From positions 4,988 through 68,987 of the forward strand of contig JACREE010000014.1 in NCBI GenBank assembly GCA_016218405.1: 64,000 nucleotides of DNA. The letters are read 5' to 3'. Each line of letters begins with the position of its first letter. The stretch's first letter is position 1. This document shows, piece by piece, positions 50,063 to 59,668 of the stretch. Both the position numbers and the translations under genes were made by a program. Source of the stretch: Gammaproteobacteria bacterium. Lineage in GTDB: Bacteria > Pseudomonadota > Gammaproteobacteria > HIGHO2-12-38-15. The notes below the pieces were generated by a model, which was not told the origin of the DNA, did not search any database, and worked only from the letters and a program-made list of their open reading frames with translations.

Positions 50063-50271
50063 ATCTGTTTCCTTTAATTTGAAATGAACTATTGTTGCAA
50101 GATGGTTTTAACCCGAATCAGCATATTATTCAAACTATTTTAAATAAATTTGCAAAATAATTTGAATAATATGCTCCAACCCAGCCCCAGACTGTTCAAA
50201 TATAGAGCAAATTGTCGCAATTTGAAGTTATCGATAAATTTCAATTTTATCCTGGTAAAACCAATCATCGT

Positions 50272-50541
50272 TTAATTCGTTGATCCCGCCCCGGGTGGTA
50301 GTACGCTATCTTCTGAAAAAAGAAATTTCTCCATTTCTTTTTCAAGCAAGGCGTGCGCATCAGGATCCAAGAGGCTCAGACGATATTCATTGATATACAT
50401 AATTTGACGCTGTTGCCACTGTTTCCAGGCTTCAACTGAGATGGTTTGATAAATCCTCTCCCCCAACACACCCGGGTAAGGTGGTAGATCAAATCCTTTA
50501 GCTTCTTTTTTCAGTTTTTCACAAAAAACAGTACGTGACAT
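50272..50541 (-). CDS. yggX: Fe(2+)-trafficking protein YggX
   Basis: MSRTVFCEKLKKEAKGFDLPPYPGVLGERIY... parallels E. coli YggX [31 protein letters not shown]. Downstream of mutY as in enterics. Confidence 0.85.
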   Translation of the reverse strand: MSRTVFCEKLKKEAKGFDLPPYPGVLGERIYQTISVEAWKQWQQRQIMYINEYRLSLLDPDAHALLEKEMEKFLFSEDSVLPPGAGSTN

Positions 50542-50548
50542 TATTTAT

Positions 50549-51661
50549 TCACCCCTCTATCATTTTTAAAATTCGACAAATCGGTTTAGGTAACCCCACA
50601 GACTGTGGCGCATTCGCATCGTACCAAATCAAACCTTGATCCTCCATCACACACAAAGCCTGAGAACTGACTTTCGCGCGAATAGGCTTAATATCTAGAT
50701 GAAAATGACTGAAGGTGTGTCGAAACACAGATAATTCTTTCGCTTGCTTGATCGCAAGATTAAATTTTTTTTGACACCACATCACTAAATCATTTTCTTC
50801 ACACTCAGGCAAACTCCATAACCCTCCCCAAATACCCATAGAAGGACGCTGCTGCAATAGAATTTCTCCTTTCTCATTTTCAATAACCAGCAAATTCACC
50901 TGTCGTACTGGCAATGTTTTCTTAGGCTTTGTTCCTGGAAAACGAGCGGGCTCGCCTGATTGAAACGCCAAGCAACTCAGCTTCAGCGGACATCCCTCAC
51001 AATGTGGTTGCGTACGTGTACATAACAGCGCCCCCAAATCCATCATGGCTTGCGTATAATCTCTGCATCGAAATAAAGGCAAACAGGCCTTTGCATACGT
51101 CCATAATTTTTCTTCTATTTTTTTATTACCCGGCCAATCACTCACACCATAAAAACGAGACAAAACACGTTTTACATTTCCATCCAGAATAGGTTCAGCT
51201 TGATTAAAAGCAATAGCACAAATAGCCCCGGCCGTAGAACGACCCACACCTGGCAAAGACTGTAATTGCTCAGAAGAAGAAGGAAAAAACCCCCGATACT
51301 GTGCTGCGATCAGCTGAGCTGTTTTATGCAAATTACGTGCACGCGCATAATACCCTAAGCCAGTCCACAGATGTAAAACATGATCGAGCGGCGCAGCCGC
51401 TAAGCAATTCACATCAGGAAACACTTCCATGAAACGATGAAAATAAGGAATAACGGTCGAAACCTGTGTTTGCTGCAACATAATTTCAGACACATACACA
51501 CGATACGCCGTCACAGATTGCTGCCAAGGCAAATCTTTTCTACCGTGCCTATCAAACCAACTTAGCACAGCCGTTGAAAAAGAAAATTTTTCTCCACGTT
51601 TTTTCTTGATAGAATTTACACCTTCTTTCACTTTTAAGTTGTCCTGCTTTTTTAGAAACAA
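50549..51661 (-). CDS. mutY: A/G-specific adenine DNA glycosylase
   Basis: HhH-GPD motif, [4Fe-4S] cysteines (CTRTQPHCEGCPLKLSC), C-terminal NUDIX-like domain. 370 aa. Confidence 0.85.
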   Translation of the reverse strand: MFLKKQDNLKVKEGVNSIKKKRGEKFSFSTAVLSWFDRHGRKDLPWQQSVTAYRVYVSEIMLQQTQVSTVIPYFHRFMEVFPDVNCLAAAPLDHVLHLWTGLGYYARARNLHKTAQLIAAQYRGFFPSSSEQLQSLPGVGRSTAGAICAIAFNQAEPILDGNVKRVLSRFYGVSDWPGNKKIEEKLWTYAKACLPLFRCRDYTQAMMDLGALLCTRTQPHCEGCPLKLSCLAFQSGEPARFPGTKPKKTLPVRQVNLLVIENEKGEILLQQRPSMGIWGGLWSLPECEENDLVMWCQKKFNLAIKQAKELSVFRHTFSHFHLDIKPIRAKVSSQALCVMEDQGLIWYDANAPQSVGLPKPICRILKMIEG

Positions 51662-51688
51662 TGCAGTTCAGTGTTGAAATATGAGTTT

Positions 51689-53758
51689 TTATTGTTTCTG
51701 TAGCAACCCCCCCAATCCTTCCACAATACTGCTCGCAGCATCTTTCCCTACTTTTTTCTCTAGATAATCACTGACTTTACCTTGCAGTTGTTTTTTGGCT
51801 TGCTGCTTCAACTGTTCTTTTGCGATGACTTCAACATCAGGCAAAATAGATACTTTATTAAAAGGACCCGTAATTTTCAGTGGGATAGATTGATCAGTCA
51901 GCGCAGAGGCGGAAATCGTTAATTGATAATTAATACGTTGATTGACTAAATCAAAGTCACCTTGTCCTTTTGCTTGGAACACAGGCCCTTGCAACAATAA
52001 ATCATTATTCGTTGCCACACCTTGATTGAACAGCATGCTACCCGACAAAGTACCAAACTCTGTTTGATTGGTATTTGTTGTTTGCGTAAGCGCTTGCTTG
52101 CTATTTAACAATGATTTTCCTAGCGCATAGTAGTAAGGCACATCAATTCCCTTTAATACACCATTTTTAAGGACAAACAACATATTCCCATTTAAATTTC
52201 GCACACACTCATCCAACGAATTCCCTCGCGTCGAAAGAAGATGATTAATATCTGCTTTTCCTGTTAACTGCACTTGTGTGATGGGCGATAAATCTTTCGC
52301 TAACGATTGAACATCAACACCCATCAATGCCCCCTTCGCACTCACACTGGAAGTCACGCTATTCAAAGTAAGCTGGCCAATATAACTACCCCCATAAACG
52401 TAGGTCTTAATGGGATTTATCGTATAAATACCCTGGCTAGCCAATACGCTCAGCTGGGTATTATTCAATATCATATCCGCTAGTTTCAATGAACCCACAC
52501 TGATACTCCCCACCCCACCCCAACCCTTTACCGCAGCCGGCGATGTTTTTCGAGAAGAAACGGCAGGGGATGTTTTCGCAGGCATACTCCCCACTGATTT
52601 CATCTTATATTGATTTAAATCCAGCTGATCTAAACTCAAGCCAAATTGAAATATTTTTTTAGCAAAATCCGTTACACCCACAGCGCCTGTTAACATACTG
52701 TTATCCAGAGTGAGTTGTAATTTATTTAATAACAAAGAATTAGGCGTAGCTTGTAATTCAAATTTAGCCGAGATTTGATTCATTGCACTTGAACTTTGAA
52801 AAACAGGAAAGGGTTGATTTGCGATTGCGAAAATCCGTTTTGGATCGAAAGGATCTACTTTTAATTTCGCCAACACAACAGGTGTATCACCTTGGTAATT
52901 CGTTTCAAGCTCACCTGAAACATGCACAGCATCAATTTTTCCATCAAATTCTGTTAAGGCAAGATGCTGTTTATCTACATCCGCTAATATCTGTCCGCTG
53001 ATTACCAATTTAACTGGCTTCATTGACGGCATATTGATCTGACTTTGAATTTGTAAATTTCCCAACTGAATTTGCTTCAAATCAGGCTGGAACAACACTT
53101 CAGAGGTCATATTCATTTGTCCAGAACGCTGCCCTCCCAAATCAAACGCTGTTGACACAGAAAAATCAAAAGGTTGAGCAGGCGCGATATGCGTTGAACG
53201 CACATTCACATTGTCCAACATTATTTTTTGTTTTTTCGAAATATCTTCATAAGAAAAATGGGAATTCGTTAATGCAACGGATTGTATTTCTAAATTAATC
53301 GGTTTATTTGAAACAACAGGGGGCGAATTCGCTGTATCGTTTTGTTTGACTGAAGCAGGCGCCATCTCCCAGTTTTTATGACCATTTCGATCCACTACAA
53401 AATGCCCCACCATACCGTCCACTGCCAAATGATTTACCACCACTTTGCCCGTCAAAAGAGGCAACAACCCTAAGCCCAAATCAAGACGTTGTACCGTCAC
53501 AAAAGAAGGATCATTTGCAACAAATCCCTCTGGGTTGCCTAATTCAAGATGTGTGGCACTGAGCTTGATGCGAGGAAACAAAGACCAAGACAAATTCCCC
53601 TTTAAACTCACTTCACGATGTATTTTTTCAGACACGATGCGGGTGATATGATTTCGCATGAATTCTGGTTTAAAGAAAACATTAAGCATCACGGTTAAAA
53701 AAACAAAAAGTACAACCGTAACCAACAACACCATAAAAAAAATCTTTAATGCCTTCAT
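51689..53758 (-). CDS. asmA: AsmA-family outer-membrane assembly protein
   Basis: N-terminal TM anchor followed by a long beta-rich AsmA-like region. 689 aa. Confidence 0.7.
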   Translation of the reverse strand: MKALKIFFMVLLVTVVLFVFLTVMLNVFFKPEFMRNHITRIVSEKIHREVSLKGNLSWSLFPRIKLSATHLELGNPEGFVANDPSFVTVQRLDLGLGLLPLLTGKVVVNHLAVDGMVGHFVVDRNGHKNWEMAPASVKQNDTANSPPVVSNKPINLEIQSVALTNSHFSYEDISKKQKIMLDNVNVRSTHIAPAQPFDFSVSTAFDLGGQRSGQMNMTSEVLFQPDLKQIQLGNLQIQSQINMPSMKPVKLVISGQILADVDKQHLALTEFDGKIDAVHVSGELETNYQGDTPVVLAKLKVDPFDPKRIFAIANQPFPVFQSSSAMNQISAKFELQATPNSLLLNKLQLTLDNSMLTGAVGVTDFAKKIFQFGLSLDQLDLNQYKMKSVGSMPAKTSPAVSSRKTSPAAVKGWGGVGSISVGSLKLADMILNNTQLSVLASQGIYTINPIKTYVYGGSYIGQLTLNSVTSSVSAKGALMGVDVQSLAKDLSPITQVQLTGKADINHLLSTRGNSLDECVRNLNGNMLFVLKNGVLKGIDVPYYYALGKSLLNSKQALTQTTNTNQTEFGTLSGSMLFNQGVATNNDLLLQGPVFQAKGQGDFDLVNQRINYQLTISASALTDQSIPLKITGPFNKVSILPDVEVIAKEQLKQQAKKQLQGKVSDYLEKKVGKDAASSIVEGLGGLLQKQ

Positions 53759-53759
53759 A

Positions 53760-54863
53760 TCATCTATCCTTTAAAATAAATTCACGTAAAAAATAATCCT
53801 GATGGATGGCTTGTTTCACTTTTTTCAGTGTATCTTCGGCCAGCACATTTGCTCTTGCTGTTCCCTCTCGCAAAATAGCAAGCAATGATGTTTCGTCTTG
53901 CGAATATAATTTTCGACGCTCATGCATGGGCTCCAAAAGCGCAATGATCACTTCCACCAATTTCTTCTTGCATACCACATCCCCAACCCCACCTTGTTGA
54001 TATAGCATTTTTGTTTCTTCTACCCAATCTTTATCAGGATTAAATGCATCATGAAAAATCCACAACGGGTTTTCTTCTACTTTGCCTGGATCCGTCGCAC
54101 GAATGCGATGGGGATCCGTGTAAATACTCATGACTTTTTTATAAACGGTATCATTGTCATCACTTAAATAAATCGCATTATTCAGCGATTTACTCATCTT
54201 TAACAACTGACCGTGTGCACCCGGACCACCTAGCCCAACTAAACGCTTGGTTCGCCCCAGCTTGCTTTGAAAAAGAGGGAACAACCCGCCTGCACTCACG
54301 TAGTTTTCATCGGCTGTGTGTGGATCAACGCCACAATAAAGTTGATTAAATCGACGTGCCACTTCTCGTGCCAACTCTAACAAAGGTAACTGATCTTCTC
54401 CCACCGGCACCACCTGAGCACGAAAGGCAAGAATATCTGCCACCTGACCAATCGGATATAACAAAAATCCAAACGGATAATTGTCACCCAGTTGTTTGTC
54501 TCGTATTTCATCTTTAAGTGTTGGATTACGCATTAAGCGTGGGTATGGCACCAGCATACTAAATAAAAAAGTAAGCTCCGCGATAGCAGGAACTTCAGTT
54601 TGAATAAAAATCGTACTTAAATGAGGATCAATACCTGCCGCCAAGTAGTCCAAAGTAATATCTAACACATTTTGTCGAATTTCTTGTGGGCAAGATGCAC
54701 GCGTAGTAAACGCATGCATGTTCGCCAATATAAAATAGCAGTCATAATCACGCTGCATAGCCACACGATTTTCTAAAGAACCCACCCAATGCCCTAAATG
54801 CAACTTTCCCGTGGGTGTATCACCCGTTAAAAGACGAGGTTTTTGTTCCGTTGTTTTCTTCAT
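53760..54863 (-). CDS. trpS: tryptophanyl-tRNA synthetase
   Basis: HIGH-like TGKLHLGHW, KMSKS, and blocks matching E. coli TrpS (VVPVGEDQLPLLELAREVARRFNQLY vs [26 protein letters not shown]). Confidence 0.8.
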   Translation of the reverse strand: MKKTTEQKPRLLTGDTPTGKLHLGHWVGSLENRVAMQRDYDCYFILANMHAFTTRASCPQEIRQNVLDITLDYLAAGIDPHLSTIFIQTEVPAIAELTFLFSMLVPYPRLMRNPTLKDEIRDKQLGDNYPFGFLLYPIGQVADILAFRAQVVPVGEDQLPLLELAREVARRFNQLYCGVDPHTADENYVSAGGLFPLFQSKLGRTKRLVGLGGPGAHGQLLKMSKSLNNAIYLSDDNDTVYKKVMSIYTDPHRIRATDPGKVEENPLWIFHDAFNPDKDWVEETKMLYQQGGVGDVVCKKKLVEVIIALLEPMHERRKLYSQDETSLLAILREGTARANVLAEDTLKKVKQAIHQDYFLREFILKDR

Positions 54864-55255
54864 GCTAACTCTTTCGTTTGAATAATAATGGCTTCAATTT
54901 CTATTTGAGCACCTCTTGGCAAACTTTGCACCCCCAACACAGCTCGCGCAGGATAAGGTGCTTGAAAATAATGAGCCATCACTTCATTCACTAAAGCAAA
55001 GTGGGTGAGATCCGTAAGATATATTGTCACTTTGACTATTTCATCGAATGTAGCTTGGCTAGCGTGCACGATTGCCTGTAGATTTTCAAAAACTTGTTTA
55101 ACTTGAGCGTGAATATCGCTTGATATTAATTGCATTGTACCGGGCACAAGGGGAATTTGCCCTGAAATATAAACCACCTGCCCCACCCTGACTGCCTGGG
55201 AATAAGTCCCTATGGCTTGAGGCGCCAAATCCGTATGAATTATTTTTTTACTCAT
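54860..55255 (-). CDS. ridA: RidA/YjgF family reactive intermediate deaminase
   Basis: 131 aa YjgF/chorismate-mutase-like fold signature (APQAIGTYSQAV...PARAVLGVQSLPRGAQIEIEAI). Confidence 0.8.
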   Translation of the reverse strand: MSKKIIHTDLAPQAIGTYSQAVRVGQVVYISGQIPLVPGTMQLISSDIHAQVKQVFENLQAIVHASQATFDEIVKVTIYLTDLTHFALVNEVMAHYFQAPYPARAVLGVQSLPRGAQIEIEAIIIQTKELA

Positions 55256-55372
55256 TTCAGCAATCCTTTTAGCGATAAAACTTACATTTTACCCTGAAGA
55301 AGCGCTTACGCAAAACAAACAAATCAACCACCTTGACTCTCACCCTCTAACCCGGTTTAATAGCGACTTTGC

Positions 55373-55448
<76 letters not shown>

Positions 55449-55489
55449 CAAAAATCAAGTGATTTCATGTTTTCCATTAGCTGCCACTC

Positions 55490-56125
55490 TTAACCTCTTA
55501 ACAACGTCCTCACTTCCTCATCGCTTGTTTGAGGAAAGTGTTGATACCCTTCACCCACCGATGAAAACAGCGCAGGGCTGAGTATACAAATAAATTCATC
55601 TACGGATTGTTTAATTTCTTCTGCTGTTTGTATTTCTGAAATAGGCACAGCCACCACTATTTTTTCAGGATCATATTTCTTGAGAACGTGAATGGCCACC
55701 TTCATGGTCGCACCCGTTGCCACGCCATCATCCACTAAAATAATCGTTTTATTTTTAAGAGACGGAAAAGCCCGCTCCCCTCTGTATTTTTTTTCATTTT
55801 CTTTTAGCAACTTTGTTTTTTGAAAAATAATTTCGTCCATCACCTCTTTTGAAAGATTAAAATTTTCAATCACCTCCCGGTTAAACACAATTTCGCCCAA
55901 GGCGATGGCACCAAAAGCCACTTCTTCATAACCCGGCACACCCAATTTTTTCACTACTAATACATCTAAAGGAAGAGACAACGCTTGTGCAATTTCATAC
56001 GCCACGGGCACCCCCCCACGCGGCAGCGCAACCACCCAAACATTTTTCCGCTTCGTATAAGCACGGAGTTTATTTGCCAATAATTTCCCCGCCTCAGCAC
56101 GATCTAAAAATTTTTCCATTGACAT
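55490..56125 (-). CDS. putative phosphoribosyltransferase (type I PRTase fold)
   Basis: PRPP-binding loop IILVDDGVATGATM. Start at MSMEKFLDRAEAGKLLANKL, typical of COG1926-like proteins. Confidence 0.55.
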   Translation of the reverse strand: MSMEKFLDRAEAGKLLANKLRAYTKRKNVWVVALPRGGVPVAYEIAQALSLPLDVLVVKKLGVPGYEEVAFGAIALGEIVFNREVIENFNLSKEVMDEIIFQKTKLLKENEKKYRGERAFPSLKNKTIILVDDGVATGATMKVAIHVLKKYDPEKIVVAVPISEIQTAEEIKQSVDEFICILSPALFSSVGEGYQHFPQTSDEEVRTLLRG

Positions 56126-56294
56126 AAACACTCCTTTCGAATGGCTGAATTTTAAGCAATGGAATGAATTATATGATGGGTATAACAATCATATATCAAT
56201 ATAATATGGGCGTCATATCCATCATACATTTCCATCACAGATGGAAATCTCGGTTATTCCAGCAAGGAGTACCCCAGAGAGCTTGTTATACTAT

Positions 56295-57623
56295 CTACAT
56301 CAACAAAAAACGCCACAAAGGTAATATTTTTACATCATTTTTTTGCTTATCATCCCCACCCAGCGCATGACTTAACACAACAATTTTTTCAGAACCCGGA
56401 AATAATTTTGCAACATCATTAAGATTAGAAATTTCATGGGGCTTTAGCTCAATATTGTCTTGATTTCCACAGACTACTTGTATTAACTTTTTCACGGAAT
56501 TACCTTCTCGCACGACAAAATCAATCTCTCCTCCTTTATTAATGTAAAATAAACCATCTTGTACTTGACGCATAAGCCCCTGGTATACGGCTGTTTCAAT
56601 CACATGCCCTATATCCAAGGAATTAGAAAGAGTTAAAACTTGACGAAACCCCAAATCAATCGCATGAATTTTTTTGGGGTTACGATTTCTTTCCGACACT
56701 TTAAGGCTGTAATAAGGCAGAAAATCAATCAAAAATGCCTCTTGTAAATAATCACAATAAGCATGAGCTAAATCTAATGAGACATCGAATAATTTTGAAA
56801 TTCGTTGAAATGAAACCAAGCTTGCTGTATGCGTAAGTAAATGCACAGCCAATCCTCTTAACAACATTACGTCACGAATATTGTGTCTTATTGCCACGTC
56901 TTTAAATAAAATATCATCAAAATATTGCTTCAATAACAACTCTTTTCGTAACTCATTCTCAGAAATAACCACCTCAGGAAAACCACCCCATTTGAGATAT
57001 TTTTTAAGCGCGTGATGAACCTCTGGCCTTGCGGGGAGCAACAAAGGTTGCTTAGGAGATTCGATCCCCTCAAAACGTAAAAATTCTTTAAAGGATAAAG
57101 GGAATACCCTAAAAGAAATATGTCGACCCGTTAACAAAGTTCCTAATTCTCTAGACATCAATTTCGATGAAGAACCCGTAATAAATATTTTAATATTTTC
57201 TGTGTCATTTCTTGCGCGAACCCATCTCTCCCATTGAGCTACATTTTGTATTTCATCTAAAAACAAATAAATTTTCCCGACAGGAAATATATTCTCACGA
57301 TAATTTTTGTAAATTTTTTCCAATAAATCGACATTGAGATGCGGAGAAAAAGCAGGTTCCTCAAAATTAACATGCAACATCGATTCAGGAGCAACCCCTT
57401 TCTCAGTTAATAAATCCATAATTTGGAACAAAATAGTTGTTTTACCTGCGCGCCTTGGACCCGTGAAAACAACGATTTCTTTCGTTTCTAAAAAAAGCCT
57501 CACCTTAGATAAAATATCTCGCCTTTCCCCCCCTGACAACATTGCCCCGCCCCAGCGATTCCACTTAGCTAAAACCTCAAACAAAGACATATCGCCTCCA
57601 TATATGATGGTTATATCAATCAT
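56295..57623 (-). CDS. AAA+ ATPase with DUF4143-type C-terminal domain
   Basis: Walker A GPRRAGKTT, Walker B LFLDEIQ, C-terminal nuclease-like DUF4143 region. 442 aa. Confidence 0.7.
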   Translation of the reverse strand: MIDITIIYGGDMSLFEVLAKWNRWGGAMLSGGERRDILSKVRLFLETKEIVVFTGPRRAGKTTILFQIMDLLTEKGVAPESMLHVNFEEPAFSPHLNVDLLEKIYKNYRENIFPVGKIYLFLDEIQNVAQWERWVRARNDTENIKIFITGSSSKLMSRELGTLLTGRHISFRVFPLSFKEFLRFEGIESPKQPLLLPARPEVHHALKKYLKWGGFPEVVISENELRKELLLKQYFDDILFKDVAIRHNIRDVMLLRGLAVHLLTHTASLVSFQRISKLFDVSLDLAHAYCDYLQEAFLIDFLPYYSLKVSERNRNPKKIHAIDLGFRQVLTLSNSLDIGHVIETAVYQGLMRQVQDGLFYINKGGEIDFVVREGNSVKKLIQVVCGNQDNIELKPHEISNLNDVAKLFPGSEKIVVLSHALGGDDKQKNDVKILPLWRFLLM

Positions 57624-57668
57624 ATTATACTAACATATGATGGTTATATCAATCATATATTAGTATAA

Positions 57669-57974
57669 CACTCAACCTCTGCAGCCACACGAATTTTCAG
57701 ACAAAAAATAACGTTAATAGACTGGTATAGTCGTTATGTTTTAGATTGGGAATTAAGTATTACGTTGGAAGCTGATTTTTGTATTGATACGTTGTCGAGA
57801 GTATTAGCCGCTGAAAAATGTAATATTTTCAACACAGATCAAGACTCTCAATTTACAAGTAAAAATTTCACTGGATTATTAAAACAAAATGATATAAAAA
57901 TCAGCATGGATGGAAAAGGCCGCGCCTTGGACAAAGTACACAGCTTATTTAATGAATGGAAATATGCAAGGTAA
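57669..57974 (+). pseudogene. IS3-family transposase (rve integrase core) remnant
   Basis: The frame encodes ...DWYSRYVLDWELSITLEADFCIDTLSRV...NTDQDSQFTSKNFTGLLKQNDIKISMDGKGRALDKV, i.e. the middle and end of an IS3 OrfB-like integrase. It lacks the N-terminus and HTH, and the DN has degraded to DK. Confidence 0.5.
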
Positions 57975-57979
57975 TACTT

Positions 57980-59395
57980 ATGGATCTTAGTCAAGTTAAA
58001 GCGCTGATACAGCAGGGTGAGTCACATAACCTTGAATTCAAGAAATCTACCACACAATTAAAACCAGCATGCGAAACAATCTGTGCATTTTTAAATACGA
58101 AAGGTGGAACTGTCCTGATTGGAGTTAAAGATGATGGCCAAATCATCGGGCAGCACTTGACAGATAATACTCGTCAGGAAATCGCTCGTGAAATTAAAAA
58201 AATTGAACCGCCTTCAAACGAGCAGATAAATATTGATTATGTACTTTTTGATGATAATAAATTTGTAATTGTGATCGATGTTATTGCTGGTGGTCATGCA
58301 CCTTATACTTACGATGGTCGTCCGTATGTACGTATCGAGTCTTCAACAGGATTGATGTCGCAACATCTCTATGAGCAATTACTCGTTCGACGTGGCCAAC
58401 TAAATCATGCGTGGGACACGCAGCTAGCGAAAGGATATACAATTAATTCATTGGATCATGAAGACATTCGTCGAACCATAAAAGAAGGTGTTGATAAACA
58501 TAGAATTGGAATTGAAGTGCTTAATTATGATATCGATCATATATTGCGCAGTTTAGAATTAATCAAGAATGATAAACTGGTTAATGCTGCTGTTGTACTC
58601 TATGCGAAAGACGTAAAGCCCGATTACTCACAATGCATGATCAGATTGGCTAGATTCAGAGGAATCGATAAATTAGGCGATTTTATTGATAATCAACGGG
58701 TGTATGGTAATGCTTTCCGAATTATATCTGCCGCATTGGAATTTGCCATGCGTCATTTACCGATCGCTAGTTTTTTTGAACCTGGCAATATACAAAGAAT
58801 CGATCAGCCGGCTGTTCCACAACTTGCGCTTAGAGAAGCTTTAGTTAACGCCATTTCTCATCGCGATTACACCAATCATTCTGCAACAATTTCATTGGCA
58901 ATCTATGATGACAGGTTGGAGCTATGGAATAACGGTGTATTGCCACCACAATTGAGTTTTGCTGCTTTGCGAAAAAGGCACGAGTCGTATCCTAGGAATA
59001 AAACCATAGCGACTATTTTTTATGAACAAGGGTGGGTTGAAGGCTGGGGAACCGGAACAACTCGAATGATAGGGTATTGCCAAAAAAATGGTACACCCGA
59101 ACCTGAATTTGAGGAATATTCTGGTGGTTTTGTGGTTATTTTTCGATTTAAAGAGCCAATGGGCGGGGGAGGAAAAATAAGTAATATTGAAAAACCAGCT
59201 TTAAACAAAAGACAGGAAAAAATACTCGAAATTCTAACAGGTGGAAAGGCGCTAAGCGCAAATGAAATATTTGATCAACTAGATGATGTTGCTAGTTTAC
59301 GAACTGTTAAAGCTGACTTGGCAGCATTGAAAAAATTGTTATTGCTCGAACAAATTGGGAAAGGCAGAGCAACGGTTTGGAAGGTTAGAAAATAA
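57980..59395 (+). CDS. AlbA_2 (Schlafen-like divergent AAA) + HATPase_c_4 + C-terminal wHTH protein ('RecG-like putative transcriptional regulator')
   Basis: N-terminus LIQQGESHNLEFKKS...ICAFLNTKGGTVLIGVKDDGQI is the AlbA_2 signature. C-terminal HTH-like KRQEKILEIL. 471 aa from the ATG at 57980. Confidence 0.7.
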   Translation: MDLSQVKALIQQGESHNLEFKKSTTQLKPACETICAFLNTKGGTVLIGVKDDGQIIGQHLTDNTRQEIAREIKKIEPPSNEQINIDYVLFDDNKFVIVIDVIAGGHAPYTYDGRPYVRIESSTGLMSQHLYEQLLVRRGQLNHAWDTQLAKGYTINSLDHEDIRRTIKEGVDKHRIGIEVLNYDIDHILRSLELIKNDKLVNAAVVLYAKDVKPDYSQCMIRLARFRGIDKLGDFIDNQRVYGNAFRIISAALEFAMRHLPIASFFEPGNIQRIDQPAVPQLALREALVNAISHRDYTNHSATISLAIYDDRLELWNNGVLPPQLSFAALRKRHESYPRNKTIATIFYEQGWVEGWGTGTTRMIGYCQKNGTPEPEFEEYSGGFVVIFRFKEPMGGGGKISNIEKPALNKRQEKILEILTGGKALSANEIFDQLDDVASLRTVKADLAALKKLLLLEQIGKGRATVWKVRK

Positions 59396-59397
59396 CG

Positions 59398-59437
59398 AAT
59401 CGTGCAGAATCGTGCAGAATCGTGCAGAATCGTGCAG
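59398..59437. repeat. perfect 10-bp tandem repeat (AATCGTGCAG) x4
   Basis: Read directly; begins 2 nt after the stop of the preceding CDS. Confidence 0.9.
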
Positions 59438-59470
59438 AAATCGCATAACTATTTGATTGATTTCATATTT

Positions 59471-59632
59471 ATACCCCTTGTACCTGAAGGGACTGGTTTT
59501 TGAGGAAGTATTTTTTGCAAGGTAAAATTCTTTCTCGAACAAGCAATAGTCTACTCTGTTGCGAGCGAGAGAAAGTTTTACCTTGCGGAAAAGACAAACT
59601 CAAAAATCAGCATCTTCAGGTACAAGGGGTAT
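59471..59632. repeat. nested palindromic MITE-like element / long hairpin
   Basis: Outer 20-bp arms ATACCCCTTGTACCTGAAGG / TCTTCAGGTACAAGGGGTAT (19 of 20 complementary). Inner arms GCAAGGTAAAATTCTTTCTCG / CGAGAGAAAGTTTTACCTTGC. A 25-bp mini-version of the same stem occurs at 40053-40077. Confidence 0.5.
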
Positions 59633-59668
59633 ATATGATGGTTGCTCAATTAACGGGTAGATTTAACG

